Below, piece after piece: positions 29,124 through 41,334 of a stretch of DNA of 64,000 nucleotides. A model generated the notes under the pieces. The model worked only from the letters and a program-made list of their open reading frames with translations, did no database searches and was not told where the DNA came from. The DNA lies in contig CAYHEM010000005.1 in NCBI GenBank assembly GCA_964355765.1, forward strand, positions 33,495 through 97,494. The letters run 5' to 3'. The stretch is from an uncultured Gallionella sp. (GTDB lineage: Bacteria > Pseudomonadota > Gammaproteobacteria > Burkholderiales > Gallionellaceae). The position numbers and the translations under genes were made by a program. Every line of letters starts with the position of its first letter. Within the stretch, counting starts at the first letter, position 1.

Positions 29124-31844
29124 TTAGTTTAATTTACCATGGCACTGCTTGTATTTTCTGCCAGATCCGCATGGGCACGGATCGTTACGACCCACTTTCT
29201 GCCCGTCACGCACAAACGGCCTATGCTCTTCATCGCCTGACCGGTCATCTGCCGGTTGTGCCAGCGCTTCATCATAGTTGGTGTGATGATACTGCACATT
29301 TTCCGGTGCGTGGGGCGCTTCTGCCGATTCCACATCCGTCTCGCTGCGCACCTGAACCGTCATCAATACCTGCGTCACTTCGCGCTTGATCGCCTCCAGC
29401 ATCGTGGAAAACAGCTCAAACGCCTCGCGTTTATATTCCTGTTTCGGGTCTTTCTGCGCATAGCCGCGCAAGTGGATGCCTTGGCGTAAATGATCCAGCG
29501 CAGCCAGATGCTCGCGCCAGTGTTGATCCAGGCTTTGCAGCATGATGACGCGCTCGTAGTGGTGCATTTCCTTCCCAACCAAGTCCACTTTAGACTGATA
29601 TTGCTGCTGGGCATGTTCGATAATACGATCGCGCAAACCTGCCTCATTCAGCTGTTTATCCTCATCCAGCCACCGCACCAACGGCAGTTCCAGGCGAAAC
29701 TCGGCAGCCAAGGCCTTTTCCAGAGAATGCGCATCCCATTGCTCTTCCATACTGTCCGGTGGAATATGCTGGCTGATGGTATCAGCCAGTACTCCCTCGC
29801 GCATCGCCTGGATGGTTTCGTAAATATCCTGGGTCTCCAGCAATTCATTACGCTGCTGATAAATCACTTTGCGCTGATCGTTGGCGACATCGTCATATTC
29901 CAGAATCTGCTTGCGCATATCGAAGTTGCGCGCCTCGACCTTGCGCTGCGCATTCTCGATGGCGCGCGTCACCCAGCTATGCTCGATGGCCTCGCCCTCA
30001 GGCAGCTTGAATCTATTCATGATCGCCGCCACGCGATCGGAGGCGAAAATGCGCAGCAGCGGATCCTCCAGCGAAAGATAGAAGCGGCTGGAACCGGGGT
30101 CTCCCTGACGCCCCGCACGGCCACGCAACTGATTGTCCACCCGGCGCGACTCGTGCCGTTCAGTACCGATAATATGCAGACCACCCGCCGCCAGCACTTG
30201 CTCATGCAGCGACTGCCATTCGCTGTGCAACTGCTCGATACGCTGGTTACGCGTCGCCTCATCCAGGCTTTCGTCGGCGTGCAAATGCTCGACCTGCTTC
30301 TCGACATTCCCGCCCAGCACAATATCCGTGCCGCGCCCGGCCATGTTGGTGGCGATGGTCACCATCTTTGGGCGTCCGGCCTGTGCGATGATTTCTGCCT
30401 CGCGTGCATGCTGCTTGGCATTCAAAACCTGATGCGGCAATTTGTCCTGCTCCAGATATTGCGATAGCAATTCCGAATTCTCGATCGAGGTCGTACCCAC
30501 CAGCACCGGCTGGCCGCGCTCATAACAGTCTTTAATGCCACCCACCACCGCCTGGTATTTCTCCTTGGCAGTGAGATACACCTTATCCATCATGTCGTTG
30601 CGGATGGTCGGCCGGTTTGGCGGAATAATCACAGTTTCCAGATTGTAGATTTGCTGAAACTCGTAAGCCTCGGTGTCCGCCGTGCCGGTCATGCCAGCAA
30701 GTTTGTGGTACATGCGGAAATAATTCTGAAAAGTAATGGATGCCAGCGTCTGATTCTCCTTCTGGATCGCCACACCCTCTTTCGCTTCCACCGCCTGATG
30801 CAAGCCATCTGACCAGCGCCGCCCTGCCATCAGGCGTCCGGTAAATTCGTCCACAATGACCACTTCGCCATCCTGAACCACATAATGCTGGTCACGGTAA
30901 AACAGGTTATGCGCGCGTAACGCCGCATACAGATGGTGGATCAGTGTGATATTGGCGGGGTCGTACAAACTACCACCGGCAGGCAACAAACCGGCTTGGG
31001 TAAGGATACTTTCCGCGCGCTCATGGCCGGCCTCGGACAACAATATCTGATGGTTTTTTTCATCCACGCTGAAATCGCCCGGCCCATCCTCCTCGGCCTG
31101 GCGTTGCAACTGGGGAGCCAGCTTATCGATGCGCACATAGATATCGACGTTGTCCTCGGCCTGACCGGAGATGATCAGCGGCGTACGCGCCTCATCAATC
31201 AAGATCGAGTCGACCTCGTCCACGATGGCGTAATTGAGCGGACGCTGGAAGCGTTCACTGGTCTGCGTTGCCATGTTGTCGCGCAGATAATCAAAGCCGA
31301 ATTCATTATTGGTGCCATAGGTAATGTCTGCCCCATAGGCGGCCTGTTTATCGCCCGATGGCATCTGCGACAAAATCACACCTACCGACAGACCAAGAAA
31401 GCGATACAGCTTACCCATCCATTCGGCATCGCGACCGGCAAGGTAGTCATTCACCGTCACCACATGCACACCCTTACCGGAAATTGCATTCAGATAAACC
31501 GGCAAAGTGGCCATCAGCGTTTTGCCTTCGCCGGTGCGCATTTCGGCGATTTTGCCGTAATGCAGGACCATCCCGCCGATCAACTGGACATCATAGTGAC
31601 GCATCCCCAGCACGCGCGTGCTCGCCTCGCGCACGACGGCAAACGCCTCCGGCAACAGTGCGTCAAGCTTCTCGCCCAGCGCGAATCGCTGCCTGAAGCT
31701 GTCGGTTTTCAAGCGCAACTCATCATCGCTCAATTTGGCGATATCAGCTTCCAGCTTGTTGATGGATTGGACGGTAGCGCGGTATTGCTTGAGTAGGCGG
31801 TCATTGCGACTACCAAAGACCTTTTTCATTACACTGGAAATCAT
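29124..31844 (-). CDS. secA: Preprotein translocase ATPase SecA
   Basis: 906 aa with [11 protein letters not shown]-terminus, DEAD-like motor motifs and C-terminal zinc finger [14 protein letters not shown]. Confidence 0.98.
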   Translation of the reverse strand: MISSVMKKVFGSRNDRLLKQYRATVQSINKLEADIAKLSDDELRLKTDSFRQRFALGEKLDALLPEAFAVVREASTRVLGMRHYDVQLIGGMVLHYGKIAEMRTGEGKTLMATLPVYLNAISGKGVHVVTVNDYLAGRDAEWMGKLYRFLGLSVGVILSQMPSGDKQAAYGADITYGTNNEFGFDYLRDNMATQTSERFQRPLNYAIVDEVDSILIDEARTPLIISGQAEDNVDIYVRIDKLAPQLQRQAEEDGPGDFSVDEKNHQILLSEAGHERAESILTQAGLLPAGGSLYDPANITLIHHLYAALRAHNLFYRDQHYVVQDGEVVIVDEFTGRLMAGRRWSDGLHQAVEAKEGVAIQKENQTLASITFQNYFRMYHKLAGMTGTADTEAYEFQQIYNLETVIIPPNRPTIRNDMMDKVYLTAKEKYQAVVGGIKDCYERGQPVLVGTTSIENSELLSQYLEQDKLPHQVLNAKQHAREAEIIAQAGRPKMVTIATNMAGRGTDIVLGGNVEKQVEHLHADESLDEATRNQRIEQLHSEWQSLHEQVLAAGGLHIIGTERHESRRVDNQLRGRAGRQGDPGSSRFYLSLEDPLLRIFASDRVAAIMNRFKLPEGEAIEHSWVTRAIENAQRKVEARNFDMRKQILEYDDVANDQRKVIYQQRNELLETQDIYETIQAMREGVLADTISQHIPPDSMEEQWDAHSLEKALAAEFRLELPLVRWLDEDKQLNEAGLRDRIIEHAQQQYQSKVDLVGKEMHHYERVIMLQSLDQHWREHLAALDHLRQGIHLRGYAQKDPKQEYKREAFELFSTMLEAIKREVTQVLMTVQVRSETDVESAEAPHAPENVQYHHTNYDEALAQPADDRSGDEEHRPFVRDGQKVGRNDPCPCGSGRKYKQCHGKLN

Positions 31845-31861
31845 ATTCTCATTCTCAACTA

Positions 31862-31897
31862 CAAAAATAAAGGGTGAGGCTATTCATCACCTCACCC
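31862..31897 (-). terminator. Rho-independent terminator downstream of the M23 peptidase gene
   Basis: On the minus strand: GGGTGAGG-10 nt loop-CCTCACCC followed by TTTATTTTTG. Confidence 0.6.
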
Positions 31898-31918
31898 CCA
31901 CCAAAATATCCATCACCA

Positions 31919-32845
31919 CTAACCAGCGGCTTTTTTCAGGAAACGCACAGGGTTCTGGGCGACACCTTTATAGCGGACTTCAAAGTGCAAGTGATTGCCG
32001 GTAGAACGCCCGGTGCTGCCGACTTCGGCAATCTTCTCGCCGCGCCGCACCACTTGGCCAACCTTAACCAGCAATCGCGAGGCATGTGCATAACGCGTGA
32101 TGATGTCATTACCATGATCAATCTCGACCATACTACCATACTGGGGATGCTGATTCGAGTAGGCAACCACGCCGCCAGCCGAGGCCCGGATAGGCGTTCC
32201 TTCCGGAACCACGTAGTCTACACCTTCATGCATGGCATTCGCGCCGGTGAAAGGATCAGGGCGCCATCCAAAATTCGACGAATACCACCCTTCCCCCTCA
32301 TGAATGGGCGGAATAGAGGGCAGCAACTTGCGGTCTAACTGGTTTTGCAACAGCATGGTTTCCAGCGCCAGCAGCTTGTCGCTACGATCATTGAGCACTT
32401 TCACCAGACTGTCCAACTGCTGATTCAGATTTTTTACCGACATTTCCTGACCGGGCAAGGTAACCAGCGGTCCGCCCTGAGCAGGAAGTTTGTCAAACTG
32501 AAATTCCTCCGGTTTCATACCGGTCAATTTGGTCAGGCGCGCCCCCAGCGCATCCAAACGCTGCATCCGAGCCTGCATCTGTCCAACCCGTGCGGCCATA
32601 GCATCCAGGCTATCATTCACATAGGATTGCTGCTTTTGTCGCTCTTCGCTCTGCGTTTTGGATAACAGGATACGCACCCCGTCGCTCAACCCCTCCGGCG
32701 CAAAACGCACCAGTGCGTATTGCATCATGAGTGCCGCGATCCACACCAGTCCGGACAGCAGTAGCAACAACAACGAAATTTGCCAGCCACCCAGCGTAAT
32801 ACTGCGGGATTTTGCCAAGCGATTGGAAACTAGAATAACATTCAT
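31919..32845 (-). CDS. M23 family metallopeptidase
   Basis: HEGVDYVVPEGTPI and GNHLHFEVR zinc-ligand motifs, N-terminal TM anchor and a coiled-coil region. Confidence 0.9.
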   Translation of the reverse strand: MNVILVSNRLAKSRSITLGGWQISLLLLLLSGLVWIAALMMQYALVRFAPEGLSDGVRILLSKTQSEERQKQQSYVNDSLDAMAARVGQMQARMQRLDALGARLTKLTGMKPEEFQFDKLPAQGGPLVTLPGQEMSVKNLNQQLDSLVKVLNDRSDKLLALETMLLQNQLDRKLLPSIPPIHEGEGWYSSNFGWRPDPFTGANAMHEGVDYVVPEGTPIRASAGGVVAYSNQHPQYGSMVEIDHGNDIITRYAHASRLLVKVGQVVRRGEKIAEVGSTGRSTGNHLHFEVRYKGVAQNPVRFLKKAAG

Positions 32846-32881
32846 GCTTCCCCCTTAAATAATGGTGTAATCGTAAAACCT

Positions 32882-33304
32882 GTGACACAGAAATTCAAAT
32901 CACTACTGAGCGGCAGTCAGGAATTACGCCCGCTACTGACCAAAGCCTCAGCCTTGTCGGACTTGCAACGCCATCTTATGGAGGTTGCACCCCACCGTCT
33001 CGCGCAATTCAGCCAGGTATTAAGCCTGCAATCCGGCACGCTCACTATCGCCGTCGGCAACGCAGCAATTGCCGCCAAATTGCGTCAACTTGCACCGGAG
33101 CTTGTTGTCATGTTGCAAAACAAAGGCTGCGAGGTTAGCCGAATCCGGGTCAAGGTGCAAGTCACCTTCAATCCCGGCCAACCCGAAACGATCCCCCGCA
33201 AACTCAGCCAGAAAGCTCAGGACGCACTGAATGAACTCAGCAGGAATCTGAAAGATTCACCGCTCAAGCTTGCGCTGAAAAAGATGCTCAAGGCAAAAGA
33301 TTAA
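32882..33304 (+). CDS. DUF721 (DciA-like) protein
   Basis: 140 aa. The GTLTIAVGNAAIAAKLRQLAPELVVMLQ...VSRIRVKV pattern is typical of DUF721. GTG start. Confidence 0.6.
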   Translation: MTQKFKSLLSGSQELRPLLTKASALSDLQRHLMEVAPHRLAQFSQVLSLQSGTLTIAVGNAAIAAKLRQLAPELVVMLQNKGCEVSRIRVKVQVTFNPGQPETIPRKLSQKAQDALNELSRNLKDSPLKLALKKMLKAKD

Positions 33305-33316
33305 CCCTCGGACCTC

Positions 33317-33868
33317 TCAGGCTGATTTGGCGAGATCCAGAATCCCCGGCAAAAATACCTCTGTCACCAGTAGCGGCGCGCCCTGCAGATAAAACAGCGA
33401 GCGGCGCGCCCACAGGCGGTCTGGCGGATTACGCAACACCGTAGCCGCGCGCTGATACAGCATATGTGTGCCGCGTAATGCCTTGTAATGCAGCGGCCTG
33501 CGCTCAACCTGCGGATGCGCAAACAACAGCGCACCCAGAGGCCTATTGCCCAGATTGCGCACGGCAGACCATGCGCCATGAAGATCCTGCCGGTCGCACG
33601 CGCTGTGCGCAAACACCACCGGTCGATTATCGGCGTACAGAAACACTTCCCGCGACCAGGCCAGGCATTGCGGCGCAATGCCGAGCAGCGCCGATTCGTC
33701 GAAGGCAATGCGCGCCAGTCCGCTGCGCAGCGGGCGCACTGCGAAGCTTTCGCAACGTTGCTGGATGCGTTGCGTCAGCGAGCCGCGATCACCGAGCCAC
33801 GGCGCAATACCCGCTTCGCAGTTCACGGCTGCGCCATTCCAGTAGTAATCAGACACGCAGATAATCAT
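33317..33868 (-). CDS. ubiC: Chorismate--pyruvate lyase
   Basis: WLGDRGSLTQRI and REVFLYADNRPVVFAHS motifs. I prefer the ATG at 33868, which overlaps the recG 3' end by 20 nt. Confidence 0.75.
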   Translation of the reverse strand: MIICVSDYYWNGAAVNCEAGIAPWLGDRGSLTQRIQQRCESFAVRPLRSGLARIAFDESALLGIAPQCLAWSREVFLYADNRPVVFAHSACDRQDLHGAWSAVRNLGNRPLGALLFAHPQVERRPLHYKALRGTHMLYQRAATVLRNPPDRLWARRSLFYLQGAPLLVTEVFLPGILDLAKSA

Positions 33869-35936
33869 GTTTATTTGCCATCCATCGGTGCAGATGCACC
33901 TGCACCGTTTCAGGAAAATCGCGCAACAATTCATCGGCGCTCTGCCGCGCATCGTTCAATAAGTCTTCATCCGCGCTGATGTCGGCAAAGCGCAGCATCG
34001 CAACCCCGCTCTGGCGCGCACCGATCAACTCACCTGGCCCACGCAATTGTAAATCCTGTTGCGCGATGGCAAAGCCGTCATTGCTCTCATAGATGATCTT
34101 CAGGCGCGCACGCGCCAGCTCAGAAAGCGGCTGCTGAAACAACAACACGCAGGTACTCTCGGCCGTGCCGCGCCCCACCCGTCCGCGCAGTTGATGCAGT
34201 TGCGCCAACCCCATGCGCTCGGCATGGTCGATCACCATCAGACTGGCATTCGGTACATCGACGCCGACTTCGATGACCGTTGTGGCAACCAGCAATTGCA
34301 GTTCACCCGCCTTGAACGCCGCCATGACCCGCGCCTTTTCGGCGTTATCCAGCTTGCCGTGCGCCAGACCAACACGCAGTTCCGGAAAAGTTTGCGTGAG
34401 CAGCTGAAAGGTCTCCAGTACGGTCTGCAATTGCAGCGCCTCAGGTTGGCTGCGGCCGCTACGCTTAACGTTCGCTGCGCTCACGTTAGCCTTCGCCGAA
34501 ACTCCGTTTTCGTCGATCAGCGGGCACACCCAATAGGCCTGCTGCCCCTCCATGCACGCGGCGCGCACCCGCTCGAACACTTCGTCACGGCGCGCATCGC
34601 TGACCAGCTTGGTAGCCACTGGCGTGCGCCCCGGCGGTAATGCGTCGATCACCGACACATCGAGATCGGCGTAATAACTCATTGCCAGTGTGCGCGGGAT
34701 CGGCGTGGCACTCATCATCAGCTGATGCGGTTCGCTGCCCTTGTTGCGCAGCGCAAGGCGCTGCTGCACACCGAATTTGTGCTGTTCATCCACGATCACC
34801 AGGCCGAGCCGGTGAAAGCTGACCTGTTCCTGGAACAGCGCATGGGTGCCGATGGCCAGCAACACCTCGCCGCCAGCGATGCGTTCGGCGGCAAGCTGTT
34901 TCTCTTTCTTCTTTAAGCTACCGGATAGCCACACCGGCGTAATGCCGAGCGGCGTGAGCCAGTCGCACAGCTTGAGATAGTGCTGTTCCGCGAGGATCTC
35001 GGTGGGTGCCATGAAAGCAACCTGATAACCGTTCTCGATAACCTGCAGTGCAGCGAGCACGGCAACAATGGTCTTGCCGCTGCCGACATCGCCGAGTAAC
35101 AGGCGCTGCATTGGGTGGGATTGCGCGAGGTCGTGGCTGATTTCGGCGTACACTTTTTGCTGCGCGCCGGTCAGCGCGAACGGCAGCTTAGCGAGCAAGG
35201 CGTCGGTGAAGCGGTGAAGCGGCGCAAGCTCGGGAGCGGTGCGCTGGCTGCGCTCGCGGTGGTGCATGCGCATCGACAGTTGCTGCGCCAGCAGCTCGTC
35301 AAATTTGATGCGCCGCCACGCGGCATGGCTGCGCTGCTCCAGGCTGCTTGCGGCAATGTCAGGCGGCGGGTTGTGCAACAGCCTGAGACTGTCGGCAAAG
35401 TCTGCCAGCCGCAGTTTTTTCAGCAGCGGTTGCGGCAGCGTATCGCTCAACGGCAGGGTCTCCAGCGCGTTACCGATCAGCTTGCGCAACACGGCCTGCG
35501 ACAGCCCGGCAGTCGTCGGATACACGGGTGTGAGGCTCTGCTGCAGTGGCGTATCGTCGTCCACCACGCGGCACTTCGGGTGCACCATCTCCAACCCGTA
35601 ATAACCCATGCGTACCTCGCCGATAGCGCGAATCTGTTTGTCCACTGCGAGCTGCTTTTGCTGGCTGGGATAGAAGTTCAGGAAACGCAGATACAGCTCG
35701 CCGCCGTTGTCCTGCAGACGGCAAACCAATGTGCGGCGCGGGCGAAAAGCCACTTCGCTGTGGGTAATAACGCCCTGCACCTGCACGGTCTCACCGGGCT
35801 GGACCGTCGCGATTGGTGCCAGATGCGTCTCATCCTCATAGCGCAACGGCAGATGCAGCAGCAGATCGGCGCGGTGGTGAACACCCAGCTTGGCGAGTTT
35901 GGCCAGCGTGGCAGGTGAAATCTTGACTGGTTGCAC
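33849..35936 (-). CDS. recG: ATP-dependent DNA helicase RecG
   Basis: Wedge domain plus helicase motifs GDVGSGKT and VIVDEQHKFG, 695 aa. Confidence 0.96.
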   Translation of the reverse strand: MQPVKISPATLAKLAKLGVHHRADLLLHLPLRYEDETHLAPIATVQPGETVQVQGVITHSEVAFRPRRTLVCRLQDNGGELYLRFLNFYPSQQKQLAVDKQIRAIGEVRMGYYGLEMVHPKCRVVDDDTPLQQSLTPVYPTTAGLSQAVLRKLIGNALETLPLSDTLPQPLLKKLRLADFADSLRLLHNPPPDIAASSLEQRSHAAWRRIKFDELLAQQLSMRMHHRERSQRTAPELAPLHRFTDALLAKLPFALTGAQQKVYAEISHDLAQSHPMQRLLLGDVGSGKTIVAVLAALQVIENGYQVAFMAPTEILAEQHYLKLCDWLTPLGITPVWLSGSLKKKEKQLAAERIAGGEVLLAIGTHALFQEQVSFHRLGLVIVDEQHKFGVQQRLALRNKGSEPHQLMMSATPIPRTLAMSYYADLDVSVIDALPPGRTPVATKLVSDARRDEVFERVRAACMEGQQAYWVCPLIDENGVSAKANVSAANVKRSGRSQPEALQLQTVLETFQLLTQTFPELRVGLAHGKLDNAEKARVMAAFKAGELQLLVATTVIEVGVDVPNASLMVIDHAERMGLAQLHQLRGRVGRGTAESTCVLLFQQPLSELARARLKIIYESNDGFAIAQQDLQLRGPGELIGARQSGVAMLRFADISADEDLLNDARQSADELLRDFPETVQVHLHRWMANKHDYLRV

Positions 35937-35951
35937 AGACTGAAGATATGT

Positions 35952-36338
35952 CTAATTCTGAATGACCATCACCCCGTCGGCCTCAATGAGCGCGCCGCGC
36001 GGCAATGATGCAACGCCGACGGCGGCGCGTGCCGGATAGGGTTGATTAAAATAACCCGCCATAATCTCGTTCACCTTGGCGAAATTGCCAAGGTCGGTGA
36101 GAAAGATATTCACCTTCACCACATCGTCCATGCTGCCGCCTGCCGCAGTCGCGACTGCGCGCATGTTCTGGAACACGCGGTGGATCTGCGCGTCGATGCC
36201 TTCGACCATCTGCATGCTGGCGGGGTCGAGACCGATCTGACCGGACAGATACACAGCGCTATCGACGCGCACGGCTTGCGAATAGGTACCGATCGCGGCG
36301 GGCGCGTCAGTGGTCTGGATGAACTGTTTGTTTGCCAT
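35952..36338 (-). CDS. ridA: RidA family enamine/imine deaminase
   Basis: 128 aa, YjgF/UK114 family pattern ([11 protein letters not shown]..., [12 protein letters not shown]). Confidence 0.92.
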   Translation of the reverse strand: MANKQFIQTTDAPAAIGTYSQAVRVDSAVYLSGQIGLDPASMQMVEGIDAQIHRVFQNMRAVATAAGGSMDDVVKVNIFLTDLGNFAKVNEIMAGYFNQPYPARAAVGVASLPRGALIEADGVMVIQN

Positions 36339-36409
36339 AGGGCCACTCCTTGGGGTTTAAATCGCGCCTTTGCGGCGCGGCACGAATATTCCGGAATGCG
36401 ATTATAGCT

Positions 36410-38059
<1,650 letters not shown>

Positions 38060-38165
38060 CTACGATCTTGGCTTTGGCATCTTATCAGGCATGCCTGTTT
38101 CCCTGCCCGGCAATTCCTGCAATAATTGCGAACGAAATAAATAATATTGAAAGCGGGATAAACGG

Positions 38166-38828
38166 ATGCTGAGCCAGGATGATTTGAAACATGCGGTTGC
38201 GCGAGCCGCGATCGAGTATGTGCCGGCTGATTGCATCGTCGGTATAGGCACGGGCTCCACCGCCAACTTCTTCATCGACGAACTGGCTATGATCAAGCAC
38301 AAGATACGCGGCGCGGTCGCCAGTTCGGAAGCCTCGGCAAAGCGTTTGCAGGGGCACGGTATCAAGGTGCTGTCACTGAACGATGCGGGCAACCTGCCGG
38401 TGTATGTGGACGGCGCGGACGAGATCACCCGCCACATGCACATGATCAAAGGCGGCGGCGGCGCACTGACGCGCGAGAAGATCGTCGCGGCGGCTAGCAG
38501 GAAATTTATTTGTCTGTGCGACGCCAGCAAGCTGGTGGATATGCTGGGTAAATTCCCCCTACCCATCGAAGTCATTCCGATGGCACGCAGCTTCGTAGCA
38601 CGCCAACTGGTTGCCTTGGGCGGACAGCCGCAACTGCGCGAAAATTTTGTCACCGACAACGGCAATCTCATTCTCGATGTGCATGAGCTGCAAATCATGA
38701 ATCCGGTGGAACTGGAATCCACGCTGGATCATATCGCAGGAATCGTTACCAGCGGCCTGTTTGCGCGCCGTGCCGCCGACGTGTTACTGCTCGGCACAGC
38801 GGAAGGCGTGAAGACGATGACGGCATGA
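38166..38828 (+). CDS. rpiA: Ribose-5-phosphate isomerase A
   Basis: GIGTGSTA and DGADE motifs, 220 aa. Confidence 0.95.
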   Translation: MLSQDDLKHAVARAAIEYVPADCIVGIGTGSTANFFIDELAMIKHKIRGAVASSEASAKRLQGHGIKVLSLNDAGNLPVYVDGADEITRHMHMIKGGGGALTREKIVAAASRKFICLCDASKLVDMLGKFPLPIEVIPMARSFVARQLVALGGQPQLRENFVTDNGNLILDVHELQIMNPVELESTLDHIAGIVTSGLFARRAADVLLLGTAEGVKTMTA

Positions 38829-38869
38829 ATATTATGCCGCTCTTCCCCAAAGGGAAGGGACGGTTGCTT

Positions 38870-38907
38870 CCTCTCCCGCAAGCGGGAGAGGATTGAGGTG
38901 GGGGGGG
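38870..38907. repeat. REP-like element: CCTCTCCCGC-AA-GCGGGAGAGG hairpin plus ATTGAGGTGGGGGGGG box
   Basis: Perfect 10-bp stem at 38870-38891. The same hairpin/box family occurs in the opposite orientation inside coaBC (43641-43683). Confidence 0.7.
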
Positions 38908-38915
38908 TAGTGCCA

Positions 38916-38934
38916 ATGTCATCTAACCTTCACA
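38916..38934 (+). promoter_or_regulatory. Possible Pho box upstream of phoU
   Basis: ATGTCAT-CTAA-CCTTCAC resembles two 7-nt PhoB half-sites spaced by 4 nt (consensus CTGTCAT-4 nt-CTGTCAT), 44 nt upstream of the phoU ATG. Weak match. Confidence 0.25.
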
Positions 38935-38977
38935 TTTTTCGCCTAAACTACGCAATCAATCATTTTGAAAGACGACC

Positions 38978-39685
38978 ATGATTAGCAGCGAACATATTTC
39001 CCGCCAATTCGACACCGAGCTCGAAGCCATTCGTGCCAATGTATTGCAAATGGGCGGCCTGGTGGAAAACCAGATCAAGAGTGCCGTGGAATCGCTGTTA
39101 AGCGGCGATGTGGCCCTGATGACCCGGGTCATTGAAGATGACCACCGGGTTAATGCCATGGAGGTGAAAATAGATGAAAGCTGCAGCCAGGTGATAGCCC
39201 GCCGCCAGCCGACAGCGGGGGATCTGCGTCTGATCATGGCGGTGGTCAAGACCATTACCGACCTGGAACGCATTGGCGATGAAGCCGAAAAAATTGCGCG
39301 CATGGCCAAGCTGTTGTCGCAAAAAAATACGCCCAATCTGCCGCGCTACCACGAAATCATCCATGCTGCCGATCTGGCTTTGAATATGCTGCGCCAGGCG
39401 CTCGATGCCTTTGCGCGCCTGGATGTGGCGATGGCCGCACAGGTGGTGCGTCAGGATGAAAAGGTGGACGAAGAGTTCCGCGCCATCATGCGCTACCTCA
39501 TCACCTTCATGATGGAAGACCCGCGCACCATCACCATCTCGCTGGAAATCCTGTTTGTGGCAAAGGCGATCGAGCGCATTGGCGACCACGCCAAGAATAT
39601 GTCCGAATACGTTATCTACATGGTCAAGGGCCGCGACGTGCGCCATGTAACCGTGGACGAGATCGACCGCGAGATTCAGCAGTAA
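38978..39685 (+). CDS. phoU: Phosphate signaling complex protein PhoU
   Basis: 235 aa with two PhoU repeats. Typical N-terminus HISRQFDTELE. Confidence 0.93.
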   Translation: MISSEHISRQFDTELEAIRANVLQMGGLVENQIKSAVESLLSGDVALMTRVIEDDHRVNAMEVKIDESCSQVIARRQPTAGDLRLIMAVVKTITDLERIGDEAEKIARMAKLLSQKNTPNLPRYHEIIHAADLALNMLRQALDAFARLDVAMAAQVVRQDEKVDEEFRAIMRYLITFMMEDPRTITISLEILFVAKAIERIGDHAKNMSEYVIYMVKGRDVRHVTVDEIDREIQQ

Positions 39686-39692
39686 AGGCCAT

Positions 39693-39789
39693 GGGGGAGT
39701 AGTAAGTGGATCGGCGCTTCGTGCCTCAGTGGTAAGTGAAAAACCCGCTCCTGCTCCCCACATCCTACTTCCTACTCCCCACTTCCCCC
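39693..39789 (+). repeat. Purine-arm/pyrimidine-arm imperfect palindrome (copy 3)
   Basis: GGGGGAGTAGTAAGTGGA ... AGTGGTAAGTGAAAAA, then CTCCTGCTCCCCACATCCTACTTCCTACTCCCCACTTCCCCC. It fills the phoU-ppx gap and ends 2 nt before the ppx ATG. Confidence 0.7.
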
Positions 39790-39791
39790 TT

Positions 39792-41270
39792 ATGCACCAT
39801 CAGCCCATCCTTGCCGCCGTTGATCTGGGATCAAACAGTTTCCGGTTGCAAATCGCACGGGTCGAGGGTGACCAGCTTTACATGCTGGACGGACTGCGCG
39901 AACCGGTGCAGCTTGCCGCCGGACTCACCACCAACAAACATCTGAACGCCGAAGTACAACAGCGCGCCCTCACCACGCTGGGGCGGTTTGCCGAGCGCCT
40001 GCGCGGCCTGCCGCGTGAAGCGGTGCGTGCAGTAGGTACCAATGCATTACGTGTGGCAAAAAATGCCGCTGACTTCATCCCGCAGGCCGAACAGGTATTA
40101 GGATTTCCGATCGAGGTCATCGCCGGCATAGAAGAAGCACGCCTGATCTATAACGGTGTCGCGCATGGCCTGCCGCAATCTGATGGCAACCGTCTGGTGA
40201 TGGACATCGGCGGCGGTTCCACCGAATTCATCATCGGCCAGGGCCTGACCCCGCTCAAACTGGAAAGCCTGTATATGGGCTGCGTCAGTTACAGTCTGCG
40301 TTTTTTCCCCGACGGTAAAATCACCAAACAAAACCTCAAGCAGGCCGAATTTGCCGCGCGCAATGAATTGCAGGCCATTACGGTGGATTTCAACAGAAAC
40401 CAATGGTCCACCGCGTTCGGCTCGTCCGGCTCGGTGCGGGTGTTATACGACGTACTGGAACTGAACGGCTATTCCGAAAACGGCATCACGCACGATGGGT
40501 TGGAAAAACTGCGCGCCTACCTGCTCAAGATTGGCGATGTGCAAAAGCTGAACTTGTCGGGTTTGCGCGCGGATCGGGTGCCGGTTTTTCCCGGCGGTTT
40601 TGCCATCATGTATGCCGCCTTTTGCGAGTTGGGAATCGAACAACTTCAACCCGCACCAGGCGCACTGCGCGAGGGTGTGCTGTATGACCTGTGGGGACGC
40701 TTCCACAACAACGACATGCGTGAAGTCACCACGCAGCAATTTATGCGGCGCTATCGCGTTGATATCATGCAAGCAGAACGTGTGGCGGGCCTGGCATGCC
40801 AATTTGCCAAGCAGTTCCTCGATGATGAAATTGATGAGGCCACGCTGCACCTGCTCAACTGGGCGGCCAGCTTGCATGAACTTGGCATCAGCGTCGCACA
40901 CAGCGGCTATCACAAACACACCGCCTACATCCTTGCCAATGCTGACATGCCCGGCTTCTCAAAAAAGGAGCAGGCGCGTCTCAGTTTGCTGGCGCTAGCC
41001 CAGCGCGGTAACCTGGAAAAACTGAAGGGGCAATTTAAAAATGCCGAAGATTGCGCGCTGGTAGCGAGTCTGCGCCTTGCCGTACTGCTTTACCGCAACC
41101 GCAGCACTATCAGCCTGCCCACCCTGCACGGACACTTCAACAGCACCCGTTTCCGCCTTTCAATAGACGCAAACTGGCTGGCACAAAACCCGTTGACTGA
41201 AGCGGCGTTACAGGAGGAGGTGTTACGCTGGGAAGTGTTCGGGGTATGCATGAAAATCGCATCCGAATGA
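39792..41270 (+). CDS. ppx: Exopolyphosphatase (Ppx/GppA family)
   Basis: AAVDLGSNSFRLQIA N-terminal ASKHA motif. I prefer the ATG at 39792, because the upstream extension to 39729 translates the palindromic element. Confidence 0.9.
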   Translation: MHHQPILAAVDLGSNSFRLQIARVEGDQLYMLDGLREPVQLAAGLTTNKHLNAEVQQRALTTLGRFAERLRGLPREAVRAVGTNALRVAKNAADFIPQAEQVLGFPIEVIAGIEEARLIYNGVAHGLPQSDGNRLVMDIGGGSTEFIIGQGLTPLKLESLYMGCVSYSLRFFPDGKITKQNLKQAEFAARNELQAITVDFNRNQWSTAFGSSGSVRVLYDVLELNGYSENGITHDGLEKLRAYLLKIGDVQKLNLSGLRADRVPVFPGGFAIMYAAFCELGIEQLQPAPGALREGVLYDLWGRFHNNDMREVTTQQFMRRYRVDIMQAERVAGLACQFAKQFLDDEIDEATLHLLNWAASLHELGISVAHSGYHKHTAYILANADMPGFSKKEQARLSLLALAQRGNLEKLKGQFKNAEDCALVASLRLAVLLYRNRSTISLPTLHGHFNSTRFRLSIDANWLAQNPLTEAALQEEVLRWEVFGVCMKIASE

Positions 41271-41334
41271 GAAACTAAGCGAGTCCGACAAATCCAGTGA
41301 TAAGAACACTCCCGAAAAATAATCAGGAGCGCCT

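Noticed and set aside
38060-38722. 220-aa minus-strand ORF overlapping rpiA
   Set aside because: It is a shadow ORF. rpiA on the plus strand carries the diagnostic GIGTGSTA and DGADE motifs.
39729-39791. Upstream alternative start extending ppx by 21 codons (MVSEKPAPAPHILLPTPHFPL)
   Set aside because: These codons are just the translated pyrimidine arm of the palindromic element. The conserved Ppx N-terminus begins right after the ATG at 39792.
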